Of a DNA stretch of 14,204 bases, positions 8,598 through 14,204 are shown one piece after another. The DNA is taken from the NCBI GenBank assembly GCA_048885535.1, contig JBHLLO010000077.1, positions 1 through 14,204 on the forward strand, in the 5' to 3' direction. Below the pieces are notes generated by a model. That model searched no databases, was not told the origin of the DNA, and saw nothing but the letters and a program-made list of their open reading frames with translations. The stretch's first letter is position 1. Every line of letters begins with the position of its first letter. The DNA is from Candidatus Hermodarchaeota archaeon (lineage in GTDB: Archaea; Asgardarchaeota; Lokiarchaeia; Sigyniarchaeales; SOKP01). Both the position numbers and the translations under genes were made by a program.

Positions 8598-8638
8598 TGG
8601 CCAGAGTGAGGGGGCGGATTTCCCTCACTCCAGTACCA
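8598..8638 (-). terminator. GC-rich stem-loop at the 3' end of the small-protein operon (terminator or RNA-stabilising hairpin)
   Basis: GAGTGAGGG (8604-8612) and CCCTCACTC (8622-8630) form a perfect 9-bp inverted repeat with a 9-nt loop. The stem can be extended by G-U pairs on the minus strand and is followed there by TGTTTT. It lies ~26 nt after the stop at 8665. Confidence 0.55.
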
Positions 8639-8664
8639 GTTAAAATACGGATATGGAAAAGAAA

Positions 8665-8793
8665 TTAACTTGAAAATATGGCTACCAAGGAATTAATTAA
8701 GAAAATTAAACTTAATACCGCAATAACTATTGTAGCAAACGTAATGACTCCATAACCAATTTTGTATAGTACATCCTTCTGACTCTCATTCAT
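8665..8793 (-). CDS. 42-aa single-pass membrane peptide (not in ORF track)
   Basis: MNESQKDVLYKIGYGVITFATIVIAVLSLIFLINSLVAIFSS*. Its ATG overlaps the upstream TGA (ATGA, 8793-8790), and it contains one clean hydrophobic helix. Confidence 0.7.
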   Translation of the reverse strand: MNESQKDVLYKIGYGVITFATIVIAVLSLIFLINSLVAIFSS

Positions 8794-9134
8794 TTTCTAA
8801 ACTTCACCATCCTGCATCTTGTTTCATTTTTAATGATTACATTAAAAACTACAGTCAAGGCAAAAGCCATCATTATTGACAAACTACTCAATACAAACAA
8901 ATAGTTAGCTAATAGCCGACCAATTACAAATAAGATTAGAAGCAGGCCAAATATGCTTGCTAAGATGATCACACTCTTAATAAGAACGTATGATAAGCTT
9001 TCTTTAGGATCTATCACATCCTCCCTTCTTTGGATGCTGGATTTAGCTTCAGGGATTTTATTTAGAATAGGATAAGGTTTTGACTCCATCACTATGAATG
9101 GTACATAATCTTCCTGAACACATTCTTGGCACAT
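8790..9134 (-). CDS. Small membrane protein with two TM helices and an N-terminal MCxxC
   Basis: 114 aa, starting MCQEC, with two hydrophobic segments (VLIKSVIILASIFGLLLILFVIG; YLFVLSSLSIMMAFALTVVFNVII). SD-like AGGTGG lies upstream. Confidence 0.75.
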   Translation of the reverse strand: MCQECVQEDYVPFIVMESKPYPILNKIPEAKSSIQRREDVIDPKESLSYVLIKSVIILASIFGLLLILFVIGRLLANYLFVLSSLSIMMAFALTVVFNVIIKNETRCRMVKFRK

Positions 9135-9185
9135 GCTTCTTTTCCACCTTTTTTGTAGATGAATTTAAAAAAAAATGAAAAGAGT

Positions 9186-9401
9186 TTAATAATTCCTAAA
9201 TAATCTCATCCCGTAGGAGTTGGTAGCCATCTTTGTCTTAACGTCTTTTATATTCATGTAATACTCGTGTTTATTAGCATAATCTTTTACTCGGCTGAGT
9301 TTTGCCTTAATTTCTTCAATTTTACTGAGCTTTATTTCCTTTCTAACCTCAGGAACCTCAATTAGGATTATTTCCTTTGGTTTCTCTAATATTTGAACCA
9401 T
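9186..9401 (-). CDS. Small basic hypothetical protein (71 aa)
   Basis: ATG-initiated first ORF of the minus-strand unit, with a purine-rich leader and a TATA-like element ~60 nt upstream. Confidence 0.7.
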   Translation of the reverse strand: MVQILEKPKEIILIEVPEVRKEIKLSKIEEIKAKLSRVKDYANKHEYYMNIKDVKTKMATNSYGMRLFRNY

Positions 9402-9460
9402 TTTTCTTTCACTCTTTTTCTGTTTTTTTATTTTTTTTCCTAAAATTTATTAGGATTTTA

Positions 9461-9470
9461 CTTTATTTAT
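9461..9470 (-). promoter_or_regulatory. Putative TATA box for the small-protein operon
   Basis: The minus strand reads ...GAACC-TATAAATAAAG directly after the inverted-repeat element. Confidence 0.45.
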
Positions 9471-9510
9471 AGGTTCGTGCTCCGGACTTTTTACCGAAGT
9501 ACGAACTTCG
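9471..9510. promoter_or_regulatory. Imperfect inverted repeat, putative operator
   Basis: AGGTTCGTGCTCCGG (9471-9485), an 8-nt spacer, then CCGAAGTACGAACTT (9494-9508): 12 of 15 positions are complementary. A nested palindrome CGAAGT-ACGA-ACTTCG spans 9495-9510. The element is a GC-rich island within an AT-rich divergent promoter. Confidence 0.6.
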
Positions 9511-9564
9511 ATTGAACTGCGGATAATGTTCTGAAGTGTAAAGCTTAAAAGGAAGTTTTGATAA

Positions 9565-9575
9565 TTTATATATAA
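9565..9575 (+). promoter_or_regulatory. Putative TATA box for the wH-TPR gene
   Basis: TTTATATATAA lies ~30 nt upstream of the TTG start at 9603, consistent with a short-leader or leaderless archaeal transcript. Confidence 0.5.
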
Positions 9576-9602
9576 GAAGATAGGTATATAAAGTGATAAC
9601 TA

Positions 9603-12557
9603 TTGAGTAATACTAAAGATTTGATATACCCTCCGAATGATATATTAAAACCATCTCTTCTGGAAAAAAATTATGAATTAATAATTCTTTGGATGCTTAA
9701 CAACAATAATTCATGCGGTTGGGCTGATTTTACAGAATATATTAATGAACAATTAATTCCAGAGTCAACTCTTTCAACTTATTTAAAAACCCTAAAAAGA
9801 CAAGGATATTTAGAAAAACCTGAAAGGAATACATATAAAATTACTGTAGATGGTAAAGATCGTTTAAATGAGTTATTGTTCATAAAAGAATCTGGAGGAG
9901 CTGTCTTAAATTATCCTCCAAAAATAATTACTGAAAAGAGGAATTATGATCATTGGATTTTATGGATGTTATATAATAACGAGTCGTGTAGATGGTCTGA
10001 TTTTACTAACTCCCCATTAAGCATAAATCAATCATCATTATCTAAAAATATTAAAGAACTTTTGGATAAGGATTTAATAAAGAATGAAAATAAGGAATAT
10101 ACCATAACTCCACTTGGAAAATCTGAATATTTTAATGTGTTAAGAGAATATGAATTAGATCGTCAATCAATTTTAGAAGAAGAGAGTAAACGTATTCATG
10201 AATTTACTACCTTTACAAACGAATTCTTTAATAAATTTGGAATTGAGGATAATAACATCAAATTTAGATTCCTAAATAACGTCTTAAAATTAAACTATTC
10301 TAAAGTAGAGAACTTATTAGAAGATGAGGAGGATTTCAACAAGATTTTACTATTCCTATCAATTAATCATCCTGATCAATATCCAGATTATTTTTCACCT
10401 GAGCGATTTTCTCATGAATATAGTATTAAAAAAACCACTTTAGATTTTTTTATTGAAAAGATTGTCGAAGAAGAATTCTATGATATAAAATTTTTCAAAT
10501 TTGAGGTTCCTCCAAACAAGGTTTACTATTTCCAATCAAATGAGAAAATCGAACGTCTCTTAAGAGCAATAATTGATGATTATATGACACGTTATACATA
10601 TTTAAATAATTTAAATCAAAATACAACCCAAAATGTACCAGCATTAACAATTTCTAATATAATTGAAAGCATATTAAATGAGATATGTGATCACTTATTT
10701 CATAATAACTTAAAAGATGCTTTAAGAAGATTTTTGCCAGAATATATTCAATATTTAGCATATAAAATTGAAACTGAAAAAAAATTGGGAACAGGGGATT
10801 CAAAATTGGAGAGTTTAATTTGGCAGACAATATCATCAGAATTTGAGACCTTTGCTTCTAGAGGCTCTGAAGACAAGATTGGTGAGAATGAATTGAACTA
10901 TACATTGGATTATCAAGTCTTTGAAGCTTTAAACCTTTTTTACTTAGATAAGTTGAATTATATTGAATATAATAATATCCATAAGGATTTTGAACCTTCA
11001 AATTTAGAACTTCTCAATGAAATTATGCAATTACTTAAAAATGGAGAAATAAATGAGGCTAATAATTTATTTAATGATAATAGTCAGAATTTAAACAAGA
11101 TTGAAAGTCTAATCATTAATGATATTATAAAAACCTCCCAATATAGGTTTGAAGAATCAATTGAAATAACTAACCATTTAATTCAAGGATTTCCCAATAG
11201 TTATATTGGATATTTATTTCAATCAATAACATACTTTTTGTTGGATAATCTAGAAGATTCTTTAAAAGTTATTGAAAAGGGGATAACTAAAGCGTTTGAT
11301 ATTTCATTAATCGCTCAAAAAGCTCAAATCTTAATAAAAAAAGATGAAGAAGAAGAAGGATTAAAAATAATTGAAGAAGCAAATATTAAACATCCAAACA
11401 ATATACTTCTATTACGTACTCAGTTCTTAACGCTTAGTTGTGAGGAAGGTGTCTGTTATAGGTCGCCTGACATACCGTTAAAAGCATTAAATGCTGCAAT
11501 CAAATTAAACCCAATGGATAAAGAGCTTCTAATTTTAAAGGCAGTAATATTATGTATAACTAGGAATTATAAAGAAGCAGAAAAGTTAATTACTGAACAA
11601 ATAGGTCTTAATCTTATACCCAAGAATCCTCGCATTCATAATGCTGCGTTTTTATTATTAGTTTATTCATATATTGCACGTCATAAATTTGAGGAAGCTT
11701 TAGAATTTGCAAATATAGGTGAAACTAGATATCAGGATTCTTCTTTCTCTTTCCTTACGAAAGCCTTTGTCCTTGGTTATTCATTGGTATACAATGGTGA
11801 ATTATCTGAGGTAAACTTAGATAGTTTTAAGGAATATATTGATAAGGCAATTAGCATCGAAAAGAGTAATTTTAATAAAGCCCTTTTTCTACAATCTAAA
11901 GCATACATATTAAGAGAGCAAGGAATCAACGAAGAAGCTCTGGATGCAATTGAAGAGGCGATTCAATTAAATCCAAAACATTATGATTTTTATCAAAGAA
12001 AGATTCAATTAATTATTTCATTGGGGCGGGATAATGAAGCAGTTGGATTAATTGATTCTATGATGAAAGAATTTCCAAAACAAAGACTAAAATTGTATAA
12101 AATAAAGTCATTTTTATATTTCAAACTTCAAGATTATGATACAGGTATAAAAGTTATCGATAAGGTACTTGAGGAATACCCAGATGATAAACATTTACTC
12201 AATAATAAAGTCTATTTATTATTTAAATTAGATAGGGTAGAGAGGGCACTTGAAGCAGCAGAAACATTAATCAATATTGATCCTGAAGATGGTAATTCTT
12301 ACGATACTTTAGGAGAGATGTTAATGGAGATAGGAAAATATGAAGAAGCTCTTGAAAACTTTGAAGAGGCGTTAAAATTGAATCCTTCAGGATGGTATAT
12401 AGTTGATACATATAGGAAAATGAGTATATGTCATGAAAAGCTTGGTAATACTGAGGAAGCTCAAAAGTGGCGCGATAAAATGGAAAGCACTGAACCAAAA
12501 ATGAGTCGCTTCTATAAAGATATGCATGAGAGAACATCTAAAGAAAAAGACCTATGA
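9603..12557 (+). CDS. Tandem winged-helix + tetratricopeptide-repeat protein (putative transcriptional regulator)
   Basis: Two homologous N-terminal wH units: LxYPPxxI...NY..xILWMLxNNxSCxWxDF...S(T/S)LS..(L/I)K.L......Y.IT..GK. The C-terminal half is TPR-like (EEALDAIEEAIQLNPK, ALEAAETLINIDPEDGNSYDTLGEMLMEIGKYEEALENFEEALKLNP). The start codon is TTG. Confidence 0.88.
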   Translation: MSNTKDLIYPPNDILKPSLLEKNYELIILWMLNNNNSCGWADFTEYINEQLIPESTLSTYLKTLKRQGYLEKPERNTYKITVDGKDRLNELLFIKESGGAVLNYPPKIITEKRNYDHWILWMLYNNESCRWSDFTNSPLSINQSSLSKNIKELLDKDLIKNENKEYTITPLGKSEYFNVLREYELDRQSILEEESKRIHEFTTFTNEFFNKFGIEDNNIKFRFLNNVLKLNYSKVENLLEDEEDFNKILLFLSINHPDQYPDYFSPERFSHEYSIKKTTLDFFIEKIVEEEFYDIKFFKFEVPPNKVYYFQSNEKIERLLRAIIDDYMTRYTYLNNLNQNTTQNVPALTISNIIESILNEICDHLFHNNLKDALRRFLPEYIQYLAYKIETEKKLGTGDSKLESLIWQTISSEFETFASRGSEDKIGENELNYTLDYQVFEALNLFYLDKLNYIEYNNIHKDFEPSNLELLNEIMQLLKNGEINEANNLFNDNSQNLNKIESLIINDIIKTSQYRFEESIEITNHLIQGFPNSYIGYLFQSITYFLLDNLEDSLKVIEKGITKAFDISLIAQKAQILIKKDEEEEGLKIIEEANIKHPNNILLLRTQFLTLSCEEGVCYRSPDIPLKALNAAIKLNPMDKELLILKAVILCITRNYKEAEKLITEQIGLNLIPKNPRIHNAAFLLLVYSYIARHKFEEALEFANIGETRYQDSSFSFLTKAFVLGYSLVYNGELSEVNLDSFKEYIDKAISIEKSNFNKALFLQSKAYILREQGINEEALDAIEEAIQLNPKHYDFYQRKIQLIISLGRDNEAVGLIDSMMKEFPKQRLKLYKIKSFLYFKLQDYDTGIKVIDKVLEEYPDDKHLLNNKVYLLFKLDRVERALEAAETLINIDPEDGNSYDTLGEMLMEIGKYEEALENFEEALKLNPSGWYIVDTYRKMSICHEKLGNTEEAQKWRDKMESTEPKMSRFYKDMHERTSKEKDL

Positions 12558-12589
12558 TTAGATTAAATTAAATTAACATTAGTGATGAA

Positions 12590-13240
12590 ATGGGATATAT
12601 ACATATAAAAGAACTTCAAAATAGTGCTAAATTTGGTAGGGTATTACCAATCGATTTTGATAATCAAATTCATTTCTTTCCAACGGAAGAAATATTTAAC
12701 GAAATAAAGGATTATTTTACAAATGAAGGTAGTCCTGACTATATATGGTTGAAGGGAATTAATGATATTAATTATTTTTTTGGATTTAGTCGTCTTCTAA
12801 ATAAAATAAAAGAAACCTTTCCAATGCAAAAAATAGGAGTATATGTAAATTCCTCTTTATTTAACTATGAAAATGTCCGAATATCACTTTTGATATGCGA
12901 TTTAGTTGTAATTAATTTAAACTCAGTTAATCCTTCAAATTTCCATAAAGCTTGTGCTTGTTCTGAGGATACTAATGTTCAAGATATTTTGAACGGGATT
13001 AAATTATTTAGAAATGACTTTAAAGGAACTTTTAGTATATTTACAATGTTCTTAAAAGATATCAATGATAATTTGAATGATGTAATAGATTTAAGGAAAT
13101 TTCTATTAGAAGTGAAACCAGATCATTTTTCGGTAAATGTATTTACAGGAAAAGGATTTGAGTCAATTTCTGATGAATTTAAGGATAAAGTTAAGGATAC
13201 CCTAAATAATCTTCCCTTTGAAGTGTCATTTACATTCTAA
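12590..13240 (+). CDS. Degenerate radical-SAM-fold protein (COG0731-like) lacking the CxxxCxxC motif
   Basis: SAKFGRVLPID, FFPTEEI, PDYI, VYVNSSL...VR..L..CDLV...L, ILNGIKLFRNDFKG and MFLKDIND are collinear with the SRRLGxSLGI-type radical SAM family as recalled. The three-Cys loop and GEP motif are absent. Confidence 0.7.
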   Translation: MGYIHIKELQNSAKFGRVLPIDFDNQIHFFPTEEIFNEIKDYFTNEGSPDYIWLKGINDINYFFGFSRLLNKIKETFPMQKIGVYVNSSLFNYENVRISLLICDLVVINLNSVNPSNFHKACACSEDTNVQDILNGIKLFRNDFKGTFSIFTMFLKDINDNLNDVIDLRKFLLEVKPDHFSVNVFTGKGFESISDEFKDKVKDTLNNLPFEVSFTF

Positions 13241-13262
13241 TTCTTTTTTATCCTTTTTTATT
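13241..13262 (+). terminator. Putative oligo-T terminator
   Basis: TTCTTTTTTA-TCCTTTTTTA tandem T tracts directly follow the stop codon. Confidence 0.5.
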
Positions 13263-13303
13263 GTTATAGTTTTCATTCTAATATTAAATTTTTAAGAAAG
13301 CAT

Positions 13304-13320
13304 GAGAAAGTTTTATAATA
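13304..13320 (+). promoter_or_regulatory. Putative BRE-TATA for the Roadblock gene
   Basis: GAGAAAG-TTTTATAA, ~65 nt upstream of ATG 13386. Confidence 0.4.
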
Positions 13321-13385
13321 CTAATTAGCGTATTTAAGAAGTAAGTATAAACAAAAAGTAAAGATAAAAACCTTAACTGCTAGTA

Positions 13386-13715
13386 ATGAAATTGTTTCAA
13401 GCTCGTTCTAATAGAAAAATCTTGAAAAAATTAAGTTCAAAGTTCCCCAAAATTAAAGAAGCAATAATTGTATCAGATGAAGGGATGCCCCTTAATTCAA
13501 CGCTTTCTCAGGAGATTGAACACGTCAAAATTGCGGGAATAACACTGGCAATTTTATCAGCTGCTAAAAGACTAATTTCTGAGACAAAAAATGGCAATTT
13601 TAAGCAGCTTTCTATTAAAAGTTCTGAAGGTTATCTAATTGGTTATTGGTTGAGTAGTAAAAAGCTATTATTTATTGTATCCCCCGAAGAACTAGCTCTT
13701 GATTCGATATTTTGA
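13386..13715 (+). CDS. Roadblock/LC7 (MglB-like) domain protein, apparently C-terminally truncated by TGA
   Basis: IKEAIIVSDEGMPLNSTL...KIAGITLAILSAAKRLISETKNGNFKQLSIKSSEGYLI is the Roadblock signature. The frame stays open for 15 codons after the TGA, up to TAG at 13761-13763. Confidence 0.88.
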   Translation: MKLFQARSNRKILKKLSSKFPKIKEAIIVSDEGMPLNSTLSQEIEHVKIAGITLAILSAAKRLISETKNGNFKQLSIKSSEGYLIGYWLSSKKLLFIVSPEELALDSIF

Positions 13716-13857
13716 GAGGTATTATTTTTTCGATCTAAATTAATAGATGAAATTGACTTTTAGTTCAAATCTCTATAAATGCATTTTTCTATATAATTTC
13801 AAGATCAACTATTTATTTTCTAATTTTCTTTAATATTAAAAAGATATTTGATGATAT

Positions 13858-14204
13858 ATGGCTAAAAAAGCTGATTATTATAAAATTCTGGGTATTAAGG
13901 AAGATGCTACTGAAGAAGAGATTAAAAAAGCATATCGTAAATTAGCGAAAAAGTACCATCCTGACCTCAATAAGACTGATCCAGATGCCAAGGAGAAATT
14001 TATAGAATTAAAAGAAGCTTATGATATATTGAATGATCCTATAAAACGCAGAATTTATGATCAATCTGGGTATAATCCTCGAAACATTGACATGAGTGAA
14101 ATTTTTAGGAACTATGACTTCATCCAAATAAGAGAGATTCTTAGAGAAATATTTGGTATAAATTATAGAAATGAGTATCATAAACCTCCACCAGAAGGTA
14201 TGTA
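13858..14204 (+). CDS. J-domain (DnaJ-domain) protein, 3'-partial (not in ORF track)
   Basis: [71 protein letters not shown]... contains the HPD motif. No G/F-rich region follows, and the ORF runs off the window end. Confidence 0.95.
   Translation, partial: MAKKADYYKILGIKEDATEEEIKKAYRKLAKKYHPDLNKTDPDAKEKFIELKEAYDILNDPIKRRIYDQSGYNPRNIDMSEIFRNYDFIQIREILREIFGINYRNEYHKPPPEGM

Noticed and set aside
8598-8792. Hairpin as a SECIS recoding the TGA at 8790-8792
   Set aside because: It lacks the tandem GA quartet and SECIS helix lengths. The TGA is better explained as an ATGA overlap with the 42-aa ORF.
6388-9401. RiPP cluster (B12 radical SAM plus small peptide precursors)
   Set aside because: The enzyme and small ORFs are on opposite strands, separated by an unrelated gene. 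No peptidase, transporter or leader/core pattern is present.
9471-9540. tRNA fragment or att site suggested by GGTTCG
   Set aside because: No cloverleaf, T-arm stem or CCA end can be built, and no integrase is nearby.
10654-12537. Minus-strand ORFs 10654-10836 and 12271-12537
   Set aside because: They are antisense shadows within the wH-TPR gene.
13858-14204. Canonical dnaJ of a dnaK-grpE operon
   Set aside because: No G/F-rich region follows the J-domain and there is no dnaK or grpE upstream, so the gene symbol was withheld.

Overview
AT-rich archaeal chromosomal segment, most likely from an Asgard archaeon (Lokiarchaeia-like). This is inferred from the Roadblock, longin-like, TrmB-like and wH-TPR proteins, a membrane-anchored repeat surface protein, and archaeal TATA/oligo-T signals. 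Left to right: (1) a tightly coupled three-gene unit: a 5'-truncated surface glycoprotein with 101-aa (303-nt) repeats, a longin-like + tandem winged-helix protein, and a TrmB-like protein with a long helical insertion; (2) a B12-binding radical SAM enzyme; (3) a convergent PH/GRAM-like gene; (4) a minus-strand operon of three small proteins, one of them (42 aa) missing from the ORF track, ending in a GC-rich hairpin; (5) a divergent 984-aa tandem-wH + TPR regulator, with a conspicuous inverted-repeat element in the shared promoter; (6) a radical-SAM-fold protein lacking CxxxCxxC; (7) a Roadblock/LC7 gene whose last helix appears to lie beyond an in-frame TGA; (8) a 3'-truncated short J-domain gene. 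No rRNA, tRNA, CRISPR array or mobile element was seen. All domain calls come from motif recognition by eye, not from database searches.
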